A stretch of DNA of 64,000 nt, taken from the NCBI RefSeq assembly GCF_006345805.1, contig NC_042998.1, forward strand, positions 181,412,001-181,476,000, in the 5' to 3' direction. Below the pieces are notes generated by a model. The model was not told the origin of the DNA, made no database searches, and saw only the letters and a program-made list of their open reading frames with translations. This document shows, one piece after another, positions 50,381 through 62,320 of the stretch (within the stretch, counting starts at the first letter, position 1; each line of letters begins with the position of its first letter). The translations under genes and the position numbers were made by a program. Origin of the DNA: Octopus sinensis (Eukaryota).

Positions 50381-51329
50381 ACCTTCATTATTATATATGT
50401 GTGTGTGTATGTATGTATGTATGTATGTGTGTATGTATGTATGTACGTATGTACGTATGTATGTATACATATAAGTATATATGAGTGTATGTGTGTGAGT
50501 GTGTCTCTGTGTGTAAGTGTTTGTTTGTTTGTGTGTGTGTGTGTGTGTCTTTGTGTATGTATATATAAATTATTATTTACAGGAAATTAATTATATGGTC
50601 GATCAGAGAGTGACCAATGGTTTCGCGGAAATAAAGCACTTAAACTTATAGACAACACGTCAGACTCCAATGGCAGACATATAACTTCTTTTCAAACTGG
50701 AGATAGAAAACAGCTAAACCCAGTTAATTAGTAAACAAAATAATATTATATATTGTTTGGGATCTCAAACAGTGCGGGTTATCGCCCTAAGATCGGTCCG
50801 GTCAGCAAATTTTTCTGGTCCTAATCGACGAACGGGGAATGTCTTTCCTTAGTTTGGTTCCAGTCCGCAAATATTTTTTAAAGCCCTAATCAACGAACGG
50901 AAAATCTCACGCCTGCAGAAGGTAGTGTTTAAAATGCGGACAAGGGCTATAGATCTTGTTTCTGAAGTTTAAAGGGTCTCCGATTCGAGCGAATCTTTAA
51001 GGATCCTTGCCCTCTCTGCCATGTAAAGCTTACATTGTCCGCTCCCGTTTATATAGGGCCCCGGTTTCTCTATGAGCCTCCATTTAATTTCGTATGGAGT
51101 TCCTTCATCTCAAGGCGTCACACGTGGTTGGTCAGGGACGTGACGTAACGTATATCCGGAATCCTAAAAGAAGACCTATGGTTGTACAGGCGTCACTTAA
51201 AGGCAGTTCCGACTGAATCGATGTATCTCCAAACTTGAGTGCTGGTTAGGTTATGGCATTCTAGTGTTTCTTCTGTTGGCCCCAAGCTTGATATTACTGC
51301 TGTTGTTGCCGCTGCTGTCGCTGCCGTCG

Positions 51330-51850
51330 GTGCCGATTCTGGAGGCACATGTCCGATTACACTGAGAGCAGCGAAGAGGGCTCCGATGAAGATGAGCACG
51401 TCTAGGATTTTGCCGGCGTTCCTTGAACTGTCTCTGCTTTTCTTCATGAAGTCTAGTTCGCTCATCCTCAAAATGCTGCGTACCAGTTTTGACCATACCC
51501 CACCCAGGAAGTACGGTCTGTTGCCAGTGTTTCAACTTCACCAGGGATGGGGGGATGTTGCGGAACTTCAGGGATTTCTTGCGATGATCTTTATATCGTT
51601 TATTTGGACCTCCGTGCAGTCGGTTACCCTCTGCTAACTCCCCAAAAAGAACAATCTTGGTTTTCCAGCATCCTGATAACATGCTCCACCCAATGCAGTT
51701 GACGTTCGAGGATCATACATTCGATGCTGGTCAATTTCGCTCGTCTCAGGATCTCCGTATGTGGGATCTTGTCCTTCCAAATCAAATGAAGAATGCGCTG
51801 GAGACATCGGACGTGAAAGGATTCTAGGAGTTTGACATGACACTCGATTT
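51330..51850 (-). mobile_element. RTE/BovB-like LINE 3' fragment
   Basis: KLLESFHVRCLQRILHLIWKDKIPHTEILRRA...RQLHWVEHVIRM, then KIVLFGELAEGNRLHGGPNKRYKD, then the C-terminal CSQCNRTCASRIG zinc-finger half. Confidence 0.9.
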
Positions 51851-51859
51851 TCATAGAAA

Positions 51860-52025
51860 GATTCAGATCACGATTAAGAAAGACCCTTCCTTGGATCTTT
51901 CCTTCTCCTATGTTTCTGACGAAGAGCTCCGCTCGAAACGTTAAATCCTCTTTCTTTCCTTTCTTGAGCGTCCAATAACACTGTACTTGTTCCACATCCT
52001 CGCATTGTTGTGTTTTCTCTTTGTG
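51860..52025 (+). mobile_element. Short repeat carrying a minimal hammerhead motif; same family as 8485-8645
   Basis: ggatctttccttctcc...gagcgtccaataa...cacatcctcgcattg aligns to the reverse complement of 8485-8610. Confidence 0.75.
51912..51946 (+). ncRNA. Minimal type I hammerhead ribozyme motif with intact core
   Basis: Stem I GTTT (51912-15)/AAAT (51943-46); CTGACGA (51916-22) plus a bulged A; stem II GAGC-TCC-GCTC; GAAA (51935-38); self-complementary ACGT stem III; predicted cleavage after GUU at 51942. Confidence 0.72.
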
Positions 52026-52560
52026 TTTTTATGTTTGGATTAACTTTATATATATATATATATATACGTGTATATGCGAGTGTATTGATGCGTGTGTATG
52101 TGTGTGTCAAGCTTTGCACGGACGTGTATTTTGCTTTACGTACGAATCTATGCACATAATTATCTATGCTATGTACGTATACTTATGTATATATATATAT
52201 ACACGTGTGTACCTGTGTATACGAGATCCTATACATATATATATATATATACTTGTATGCGCGTATTTGTAGTTTATGTATATGCCAATATACTTGAATG
52301 TGCGAATGTGAGCGCGTATGTATATGTACGTGTGTGTGTGTGTCTGTGTCTGTGTCTGTGTGTCTGTGTATGTATATATGCGTCCGAGCACGAACCCCAA
52401 AAAATACAACAGCGAAAGCTGATTATGTCATTATCTCTAAACTAGAATGTATACTTTCCACGTTCATATTTGAACTTTTTGCGTTTCAATAATTTTTCTC
52501 TGATTTTACTCGTTCTCGAATTTCATGGACACATAGTCTCTAGTGAGACTTTTTATTGAT

Positions 52561-52600
52561 GCACCTGAAGAGACCCTGAACGGGTCGAAACATGTGTTGT
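52561..52600 (+). ncRNA. Second, unrelated minimal hammerhead motif, cleavage site altered
   Basis: CTGAAGA (52565-71), perfect stem II GACCC-TGAAC-GGGTC, GAAA (52587-90), palindromic ACATGT. The next base is G (not H), and stem I is imperfect. Confidence 0.55.
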
Positions 52601-52664
52601 ACCTAATGCATACAACCCATATGTATAGACATAGTATAAATATATGTACATGTATATAGATGAT

Positions 52665-52677
52665 TAGATAGATAGAC

Positions 52678-52746
<69 letters not shown>

Positions 52747-52800
52747 TGAAGGTAAGTATGTAGTTAGGGAAGTAGGTAGGTAGGTAGGTAGGTAGATAGG
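52665..52800. repeat. (GATA)n-(GTAG)n microsatellite
   Basis: Seen directly. Confidence 0.95.
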
Positions 52801-52829
52801 TAGGTAGATAAAATATTTATTTTTTATTG

Positions 52830-53231
52830 CCAACAGAGGACTAAACATAGAGGGGGGAAACAAGGACAGACAAACGGATTAAGTCTATCACATCGACCCC
52901 AGTGCGTAACTGGTACTTATTTAATGGACCCCGAAAGGATGAAAGGCAAAGTCGACCTCGGCGGAATTTGAACTCAGAACGTAACGGCAGATGAAATACC
53001 TATTTCTTTACTAACCACAAGGCGCTAAACACAGAGAGGACAAACAAGGACAGACAAATGGATTAAGTCGATTATATCGACCCCAGTGTGTAACTGGTAC
53101 TTAATTTATCGACCCCGAAAGGATGAAAGGCAAAGTCGACCTCGGCGGAATTCGAACTCAGAACGTAGCGGCAGACGAAATACTGCTAAGCATTTCGCCC
53201 GGCGTGCTAACGTTTCTGCCAGCTCGCCGCC
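52830..53231 (-). mobile_element. SINE family B tandem dimer (full unit plus headless unit)
   Basis: Two colinear copies of ggacagacaaa.ggattaagtc...ccccgaaaggatgaaaggcaaagtcgacctcggcggaatt, joined near 53000. Confidence 0.93.
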
Positions 53232-54217
53232 CTAGGTAGGTAAAATATTGAATGGCTCTGTAATGTAGTGTCTATGTGATAACATTTTGCTTCTATTCTA
53301 AGATGTGTATCACAAGAGAAATATACTGTACGAACCCACGAGGAAACATGTAGATAGTCGTTTAATATACAAGGAATATCAGCCTCAAATCAACGTCAAA
53401 TCGCCACGTAGAGACTTAAAAACGGAAAGTAGGACAAGTTCTAAAACGACAGAATAGTTATGCCAGAAATGCGTTTGATTATAGGTTGTCACGAACACAG
53501 TTGGCTGGGGAATAAGCAGCAGCATATATTTGCATATTTGGTGTGATTAGTTGAGGGAATTATCTCATTTCATTCACAATATCTTCATCCTGTGGAAGAA
53601 AGAATTTGTTTTCACCTTGCAAGCAAGCTTCAATTGCATTGAGGGAAAACTCAGAAGTTAATGATCAGAAATTATTTGCCAAGAGCGTCGTACAAACGTC
53701 TCCGGTTACGCAATAATATTATATTAGCAGTGCTGTTGCATAATTATTTCGTAAATGAGATACTAGCCTACCGATTCACATGTCTCGAAATTAAATCTAC
53801 ATTATACATGTCAGTGTCTCTGGGGAGATCTCGTGGTAAATGCTGTCAATACACTAGCGAACGACAGAGCCTCAACGTCGTGGCTTGATTTACTGGAGTT
53901 TGCAGCTAAATCACCCTACTGTCTTAAATAAAAGATTAAGGGCATATTAGATAGAGACGGTTATGGTTAGAAAGCCTTTGATCATAGGTCGTCCGCTCAA
54001 TCAGGTTGACCTAAGGCTAAACTGCAACATTGAAGTGTTGTCTACAGGATCCATCACTTATAGACAAAGGCTATTTCTAATCATTAATTTACAGAACTGA
54101 CCGTATAGTCTAATGGATAAGACATTGAACAATCTATTCATAGGCTGTGAGTTCAAATGTACTCGTGTCTCATGTTGTTACTATATGTATGCATATGCAT
54201 GTATGTGCGTACATGTG

Positions 54218-54218
54218 T

Positions 54219-54264
<46 letters not shown>

Positions 54265-54395
54265 GGATGGATGGATAGATAGATAGATAGATAGATAGAT
54301 GGATGGATGGATGGATGGATGGATGGATGGATGGATGGATGGATGGATGGATGGATGGATGGATGGATGGATGGATGGATGGATGGATGGATGGA
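54218..54395. repeat. (GATA)n-(GGAT)n microsatellite
   Basis: Seen directly; source of the MDGW/IHPS ORFs. Confidence 0.97.
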
Positions 54396-54729
54396 TCAAA
54401 GAAAAACACACTGTGATCCTACAGATCTATCTCGATTTTTCCTCTCTACTCACGGGCGTCTTTGGCGTTCATGTTGGTCAGAGATCGGTGAAAGTAGGGA
54501 CCAGATGAAAGATTATGGTAGATATAATCAACTGAAACTCTTGAATGTGATACCCCAACATGACCACTGTTTAATGATTGAAACCAGTAAGATAAAGAAA
54601 AATTATTTTAGGATTACTTTTGGTTGTGTTGGTCACAGAGGATTTAATGACAAAAGAATATATATCATTCTTAACACTATATGATTTATGCTATGAGTTC
54701 TTTAATTTTTTTCTTTCCATCTGTTTCAG

Positions 54730-54807
54730 AAAAATTCGGAAGAAGATGGTTACTTAAACGAAAGCAAGCCCCTGGCAATGAAAAGTGAAATAAATATACA
54801 GCTTCAG
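54730..54807 (+). CDS. Probable second coding exon (78 nt, phase 0-0) of the 48587 gene
   Basis: Acceptor ttctttccatctgtttcag, donor CAG/gtagaa. Only the phase-0 frame is open (KNSEEDGYLNESKPLAMKSEINIQLQ), matching the phase-0 end of exon 1. Confidence 0.5.
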
Positions 54808-55406
54808 GTAGAATCACAAACTACCATTATCCTTTAAGCTTCCAATTTATCTCATACGGCAAATTCTGGGTGTTAATGTATACATTAACCCCAGATTCAA
54901 TCAATATTTTTCGTTTCTATGTGATCAATCCTATCTGTAATTAATTTATTTATATTTGCATAATTGCATAATTAATTACTCACTTTTCATTTCAGTTTCA
55001 ATTTAGTTTGAAATTCTTCAATACACGTTTTAAGTGATTTTGTCTGGTTTTATTCCAATCAACGTTGACACAATTAAATTACATTAAACTATTCGTGTTA
55101 TTAACAGAGTTTTTCTGCTTATGCTTATCAAGTTTATGAAAGTCCTCACTATATATGTGTGTGTTTGTGTTTAGTACACACAAACACTCACATATACATG
55201 CATATACACACTTGAATGCAATAACACGCGCTCTGTCACATACAAGAACATGCGTTTCTCTAAATATCTTACTCGATGAAGGAGGTGCAGTATTCATAAT
55301 CTTCCTATGAATTTCTGAATAGAAGGATATGTTCAACTGAGATTAAAACGGTTGATGTTCCGTGCACTTCACTAAGTGTAACATTAAGAAGTGTATTTTC
55401 CCCCAG

Positions 55407-55514
55407 AGTCATTACGTGAATACCAGTGTTCTTCGGTGGTCCTTCAACTTGGTTATAAAGGTAGTGGTGAAGGAGGGGGTAACGTTGGTGAGGACAGTGA
55501 TGGTGAAAGGAAAG
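55407..55514 (+). CDS. Candidate further exon, reading frame ambiguous
   Basis: Acceptor tattttcccccag, donor AAG/gtatct. Two frames are open (SHYVNTSVLRW...VKGK, or ...GYKGSGEGGGNVGEDSDGERK). Confidence 0.25.
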
Positions 55515-55600
55515 GTATCTTTATTTATTAGCCACACGGTGCCGAACACAGATGGGACAACACAATGTAGAACTTTTCTTTTCTTTTCTTTTCTCTTCGA

Positions 55601-55632
<32 letters not shown>

Positions 55633-55790
55633 AATGATCAAAAGGGATCGGAGGCTTTTTAGGGACGTGTAAACAGCAAAATAAGTCGTGGTAAAAATGT
55701 GAAACATTAGGTTTATCCGTGGAAAGAAAAGCCTATGGAAAAGACAACGGTAACCACAGGCAGAGAAAAAAACACATGAGATCAAATCGC

Positions 55791-55846
<56 letters not shown>

Positions 55847-55849
55847 TGG

Positions 55850-56760
55850 ATTTACAGGATCATGCTTAAAGTGGTTTCGTCATTCGCACGTACCATCTTT
55901 GCTACATCCACCCACACTTTTATTGAAACTTTTATGTGATGAAATTTGCCTCTCTATTCTCACCTTCTTTTTCAAGTGGAACTTGAAAAACTTGATGAGC
56001 GATTGGCCAGAGAGAAAAGTACTTGTCTCTAAACCTTTCGCTCGAGTCTACTTACACACATTCTTTCACCATAGCCCCCAGTACAATGAAAACTGCTTTC
56101 CCTTCCCGGTTAAAAGAAAGTGGCGGGCAGTATTCAAGATAGACTCGGCCAATAGCTGAATTCGTCCACGTGCAGCAGCCGTTCGACCTAAGCCAACAAG
56201 TCTGAAATTGTTGGACACTGCACGAAAGCGTGCAGAACGGTTTCGTCGCTCTGACCGCATCTCGGGCAAGTCGGTCCGGTGCATCTCGAACTGTGCATCT
56301 AGGGCTTATCCTGAACAGGCAATGCTACTCGATAGCACTACCAGGCCAAGGATCTCTGGTGATTTTCCATAGGTCCCGGCTCGAAAGTTGTCCTGAAGAG
56401 GCGGGTCATATGTTCCCCGTCGACGCCCAGATTCTCCCCAAGAACATCATCACACACCCCCTCCATTATTCCTTTATAGAACACCTTCATGATTGAAGTC
56501 GCACAAGTTTGGTCCCGGACAGCAGAGTTGCTTGAGAGCAAGGCGGCACTCGCGGTGCCATTCGCCTAGCTTCAGTCTCTGTTTGATACATGACTGTAGT
56601 TCGACCAAAGAGACGAGCTGCGGGAAAGAGCGCCTCACAAACGGTGACCACACCCGTTCACCGTCGTCTATGACGCGCCGGAGATGTCGCAGTCTCAGCG
56701 CATGTCTGCGCATCATCAACCACAGCATGCCAGCCCTCCATTTAGCGGGTGTTGACAGCA
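55850..56760 (-). mobile_element. Tx1/L1-group LINE ORF2 C-terminal fragment
   Basis: FRTTFEPGPMENHQRSLAW*CYRVALPVQDK, a decayed CxxC zf-RVT-like region, then GRIQLLAESIL...SGQSLIKFFKFHLKKKVRIER. Confidence 0.75.
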
Positions 56761-56827
56761 AATGGATCGCCTAAACATCGGAACGTTTTCCTCCCACAAA
56801 AAGTGGAAGAGTATGCGTTCCAGTTAG

Positions 56828-56846
56828 GTGATGGTAGGGTCGGGAC

Positions 56847-56936
<90 letters not shown>
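56828..56936. repeat. (GATA)n microsatellite
   Basis: Seen directly. Confidence 0.97.
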
Positions 56937-56937
<1 letters not shown>

Positions 56938-57103
56938 CGACGGGCTTCCATACAGTTTCCGTCTACCAAATTCACTCATAAGACATTAGTCGCTCCGGGA
57001 CCATAGTAGAAGGCACTTGCCCAAGGTGCCCGAGCAGTGAGACTGAACCCGAAACTACATGATTGCGAAGCGAGCTTCTTAACCGCACAACCACGCCTGC
57101 GCC
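56938..57103 (-). mobile_element. SINE family A, 5' half
   Basis: cgacgggcttc...cagtttccgtctacc...cacttgcccaaggtgcc...actgaacccg. Confidence 0.85.
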
Positions 57104-57287
57104 TCTATTCAGAAACCAGACTTATTTTAGAAATATATACAAATGCAAACATTTTTGAAGTGTAAATAGTTCGTTCAATTATGACATTAAAATAAATTAA
57201 TCAAAGTTAATATAATTAATTAAAAACAATTGTAGAAGTTCATTTTCAAAACGTAAAAGTAATAAAATTGTATTGTTTCGTTTTCAG

Positions 57288-57307
57288 AAAAAGAGGAGAG
57301 AGCAAGA
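57288..57307 (+). CDS. Candidate short exon of the 48587 gene
   Basis: Strong acceptor ttgtattgtttcgttttcag. It either ends at AGA/gtaaaa (20 nt) or is a terminal exon reading KKRREQE*. Confidence 0.25.
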
Positions 57308-57517
57308 GTAAAATAGGAAAGAAGTATGATTCATATCTAGTTAAGCCTAGAGGTTAGGGTGTTTGACTTATGATTAGTAAGTCGTATGTTCGAATCCTGG
57401 ATTGGGCGGTGCATTGTGTTTTTGATTCACGCGCTTTATTTCGTGTTCTATTCTAGTAAGCTGACAGGAGCACATACTGAGTGCTAATGTGGAACCCACC
57501 TCTTTCTCTCTCCCTCC

Positions 57518-57569
<52 letters not shown>

Positions 57570-57765
57570 GTTGTCGTAAACTCGATGGTCCACTAACTGA
57601 ATGATGAGATAACCAAGAATGGTGTCTATATCTGCTCACGATTACATAAATATCTAAAACGATTAGCGATAGCATGGTACATACAGCCATGCCACACTCA
57701 CCTATTTTATTTCAATTTAAACTCTCTTCTTTTTACCACTCTCATTGTCTTCTTCCCGCCCAACG

Positions 57766-57807
<42 letters not shown>

Positions 57808-57826
57808 TACACACACACACACACAC

Positions 57827-57879
<53 letters not shown>

Positions 57880-58425
57880 TTCTGAAAACGATGCAATTTT
57901 ATTTTACCTTTTCCTCATTCTTTCACCTTCAGAAAATAAAACAATAAAATTTTAACGCAGTCTCCTTTTTACTTGACTGAACTAAGAAAATTATAAAACA
58001 AATTAATCAACTTGAATATAAAAATGCGATATATCATTAACCCCTCCACTTCTTCCCTTACCAACTGTTTTTCTTCTTATCCGTCTTTTTCTCTCTACTC
58101 TTTCTTTTACTATCGTTTCCTTACCTTTCTATCACCTCGAACCAGCAAGAAAGTTTACAAAGTCACTCAACCTGCTAGACATAGCAGTGACTAATTATCC
58201 CCTAAGTTTCAACCTACCGTCCAAGAATAGATAAATAAAGTAAATGACCGAATAACATTTATTTTTTATCAAACATCGTCTATTTTGCATGTATTATATT
58301 CTTCCTCATTTCTCCTAACCAGTTCTTAATTAACCTAGAAAATATTAAAAATTGTACTGTAGTAGAGTTATTGTAACATGCATACATCATATATATATAT
58401 ATATATATACATGTGTATGTGTGTA

Positions 58426-58632
58426 CTTTATTTGTAGATTAAGGCTACCATTGGTTTCGTGTTAAGGACGCCATCAACAATTATCAAACTTGTCACATGG
58501 AACATCAGTGTTCGTCTCTATTTTGAATCCCAAAATAGAGAGGCACACCAATGTTCCACATGATAGGGTTGGTAATTGTTGAGGTTCAACCCTTAACAGG
58601 AAGCCAATGGTAGCCTTAATCCACAAATAAAG
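58426..58632. repeat. 207-bp fold-back palindrome (MITE-like)
   Basis: ctttatttgtagattaaggctaccattgg pairs with ccaatggtagccttaatccacaaataaag. Pairing continues to ctctattttg-aatcc-caaaatagag (loop 58526-58530). Confidence 0.92.
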
Positions 58633-58698
58633 AATCGTTATCCACCAATGCAGTGTTCAGCACTAATTTTCATTGTTCAATAGTTCCGCCTATGTATA

Positions 58699-58733
<35 letters not shown>

Positions 58734-58819
58734 TATATTATATATATATATATTATATTAGACCTGTTATGTCTTGTTATTATTTTATTGTATTTGTGTA
58801 ACATTGTCCGTTTTTTGCG

Positions 58820-59040
58820 TCCTTGTTTTTGTATACATTTGATGCTTTCTTCCAAGGAATCTAATGCTCTTAGCTTAGTTTTTCCTTGGGGCTGGCCAGA
58901 TTGGAGCAATCTCAAGTATAATTGCGAAGATAATCTGGTACTTGACTGAGGAAAAAAACTTCGAATGACCCGTCCTTGTTTCCTTTGTATCGTCTATCTG
59001 GATGTTTTGTTGCCCCATTTTTTGCGTTCTTGTCCCATTT
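58820..59040 (+). repeat. Unclassified repeat, same family as 15335-15455
   Basis: Shared aagataatctggtacttgactga...cttcgaatgacccgtcc block. Confidence 0.65.
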
Positions 59041-59065
59041 TGTATTTTATATATATATATATATA

Positions 59066-59132
<67 letters not shown>

Positions 59133-59984
59133 TTGTGTGTGTGTGTTTGAGTATGTATATATATGTATAAGTTCAGTTAGAGGTTATAAAAACCGTCTAA
59201 AGGATATTTATATCTAATGAATTACTGGTGTATTACCTATATATGATTATGAATATTAGTATTAATTCTCATAAATGATAGGTAAGGAAAGGAATAAACC
59301 GAAGTTTATCTATATAAAAAAACTATATAATCCATTTTACTTTATTATTATTTACATAAAAATATATATTATATAATAAAAGTATACATTTATATAATTA
59401 AGATAGATATAAGTGTTCCTATTGTAGCTATATATGTGAAGATAGAGATATAGCCCGCCCATCAGTACATACATATTATATAATACAACGCATAAATAAT
59501 ACTTGTTAAATCTTCTTAACCACTTGAGAAATATATACATAAGCTTAGAAACATTTCTTGAAAAATCCATAATTGCCCACCCTTAATCATTAATTATCCC
59601 TCTGTTTTCTAGTATATATAGAGGGTTCAGTCTGCATTGATATAAGTAACTTTATTACACCTTACAACAAATATTCCTTAGTTACCTATTTCCGCTCATT
59701 CGATCAACGGTTTTTACTTAAAATAACCATTCTTTTGTTTTTGAAATTAACTGACCAATAGTCTCCTCTTAACTGGTCAGACCCTTCCTACTTCAGAATT
59801 GGGGTAGTAACAGCATGTTTTCACCTAGACTACGAAGTAAGCATATATTAAATTATTGATATTTTTGGTAATAATCTTGATTTATGTTATGTAGCAGTGT
59901 CCGGCAGTTAATTACACCAATTTTAATGTCTATGTTTTGTAGAATTGTATGATAAGTCTTGACTGCTCCGGATTTTTTCGGTTT

Positions 59985-60230
59985 GAACGGCAGTTTTTTC
60001 TAGCGGTGTCATATGAAATTGTCACCCATAATATGACCATAGTATCGATCTATTGCATTTCAATCTGTTTTAGGGTTAGGATTAGTTAGGGCTATGGTTA
60101 AGGTTTAGGGTTAGGGGTGGGGGGAAGGGTATCTTTTTTTCTTCACAAATGTAAATATACCCAGTCTGTTTCTTTAACGAGGGACATATTCATACGGTAC
60201 AGAATGTTTTTAACCCCAATAGACGTCAGT
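59985..60230. repeat. Interspersed repeat with a degenerate internal (TTAGGG)n tract, cut by the gap
   Basis: ttagggttaggattagttagggctatggttaaggtttagggttaggggtggggggaaggg at about 60071-60130; flanks recalled as a common octopus repeat. Confidence 0.6.
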
Positions 60231-60330
60231 NNNNNNNNNNNNNNNNNNNNNNNNNNNNNNNNNNNNNNNNNNNNNNNNNNNNNNNNNNNNNNNNNNNNNN
60301 NNNNNNNNNNNNNNNNNNNNNNNNNNNNNN
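60231..60330. other. Assembly gap (100 N)
   Basis: Seen directly; a round 100 N usually means unknown size. Confidence 0.99.
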
Positions 60331-61255
60331 ATTTACTGATAAAATATGTGAAACAGTCATAATTGCTCGAGAGAAAACTGGTAAAATTCAACTTTTCATA
60401 CATATTCTCTACACTGCAAAAATACTGAGAAAAAATAACTTAGAAATGCATGAAGATAAATTATTGTCGATATAAAATATGAACAATCTTTATGAGAGCA
60501 ACGGCCTCTGCATCCTTATCTGCTTTTAAAGAAAATATCTTTGTAAGCCAGGAACAAACAAGAGTAAAGACTCCACACCAATAAAATATCTGCTAATGGT
60601 GCAGATAAAATGTCCCCTTTGTCCCTTTTTGTAGTCAGGTGTGAAAAATGTAAATTGTATTGTTTGCAGGTGTCCGAAAATATCAAGATACTACTTACGT
60701 TAAGTGCATAGAACTAAATGCGACACTATTCGAAACGGAATACATTTGTCTTGGCCTTAACTCTGAAAATAAACTCTATACTGGAGGGAACATTAAACTC
60801 TATCAAGCGCAGATATTGAGATCTGGTGTTGATCCACAAGACAGAGATCAAATTATGGGAATTGTTATGGAAATTGTTTGTTTAGACTTAAACTAGATTC
60901 GCCAAAACTTATCGAAGTTCTAATATCCAGCAGTATAGAATACCATTGACATATTATTCGAGTTGACAGTGTAACCTAAAGCAATAACATTAGTCGCTGA
61001 CAAAATTAGACAATCTTATCCATTTAGTTCTCGTCGAGTCTTGTAGTAGACGTTAAGGTGTTTTAGTGTGCACACGCTTTACATGATCACTCTAAGCCAA
61101 ACTGTAACATTTGCGATGCCAAGTGCAAGTAGTGATAAAGATAGAAATGAAATTTGGCAAGATGTGTGTGCGTGTGTGCTGTGTGTGTGTGTGTGTATTG
61201 TGTGTGTACCTATGGGCAAAATATCGAACAAATAAATACGTTTTTCACTTTCCAG

Positions 61256-61340
61256 GAAATGGAACAACTATTTACTACAATACAAGATAAGAAAAATACG
61301 CCTCCGGACAATGACAAGTTGTATATAAAATGTCATTTAC
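61256..61340 (+). CDS. Candidate downstream exon of the 48587 gene
   Basis: Strong acceptor gtttttcactttccag/G, phase-0 frame EMEQLFTTIQDKKNTPPDNDKLYIKCHL; donor weak (TAC/gttaag). Confidence 0.22.
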
Positions 61341-61963
61341 GTTAAGCAAACGTGGGTTAAAGTTAGTATGTCTCAATACTGCACTGTAACTCCAAGTCAC
61401 GACACCACTGTAAATATTGATCTCTGAAGTTAATCAAATAATAAAAATAATAAAATCGCGAGTATTCCAATTAGACGCATAAAAATCCCGCATGATGAAG
61501 CGAATATACTTTGAAATGATTAAAGCTCGTGCTGTAAATGGAATGTTGCGGTAATCACATCAGCATACATAAACAAACTAGAATTCCATCAATCAGAAAA
61601 GGAATATTATGCACTGCTATAACGATTGTCCACCAATCTGAGGTATGATTAAAAATTAATGAGAAATACATACAAATAGACGCACACAATACATACATAC
61701 ATACATACATACATACATACATACATACATACATACATACATACATACATACATACATACATACATGCATGCATACATATAACACCTTACAACAGTACAG
61801 GTATTTCAATGCATGCCATTTTATCTTTGATCAGGTTTAGTACGTTGAAATAACTGTACTGTTGTTCGTAATATTATTCCCTTAATTAACGCGAAATGAG
61901 CTATATTATCTATTGAGCACTCTATTGAGTAACAGACGCTTTGATCTTCTTTTGACTATTACG

Positions 61964-61967
<4 letters not shown>

Positions 61968-62001
<34 letters not shown>

Positions 62002-62279
62002 TATAAATATGTGTGGTGTATATATATATATATATACATATATACATACATACATATATATATAATAGATATATATATATATATATAATTATATATATAT
62101 AATATATATATATATATATACATATATACATACATACATATATATATATAATATATTATATATATATATATATACTTATATATACATGTATATATATATA
62201 CATATATATACATATATACACACACACATATATATATATATTTACATGTATGTATATATATAATATACAATTATATATA

Positions 62280-62317
<38 letters not shown>

Positions 62318-62320
62318 TAT
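61968..62320. repeat. Interrupted (TA)n/(CATA)n tract
   Basis: Seen directly. Confidence 0.95.

Noticed and set aside
51624-51995. 123-aa ORF as a novel protein
   Set aside because: It is a chance fusion of the antisense hammerhead repeat with a truncated RTE fragment.
57308-57470. Extension of the 57288 exon to a donor at 57353
   Set aside because: That GT lies inside a degenerate tRNA-SINE head (cctagaggttagggtg...gttcgaatcctgg), and the required phase does not match the upstream exons.
60117-60403. ORFs spanning the N run
   Set aside because: Artefacts of translating the assembly gap.
60660-60896. 78-aa ORF as an exon of the 48587 gene
   Set aside because: It has an acceptor-like site but no credible donor before the stop and no recognisable homology; it may be transposon debris next to the gap.
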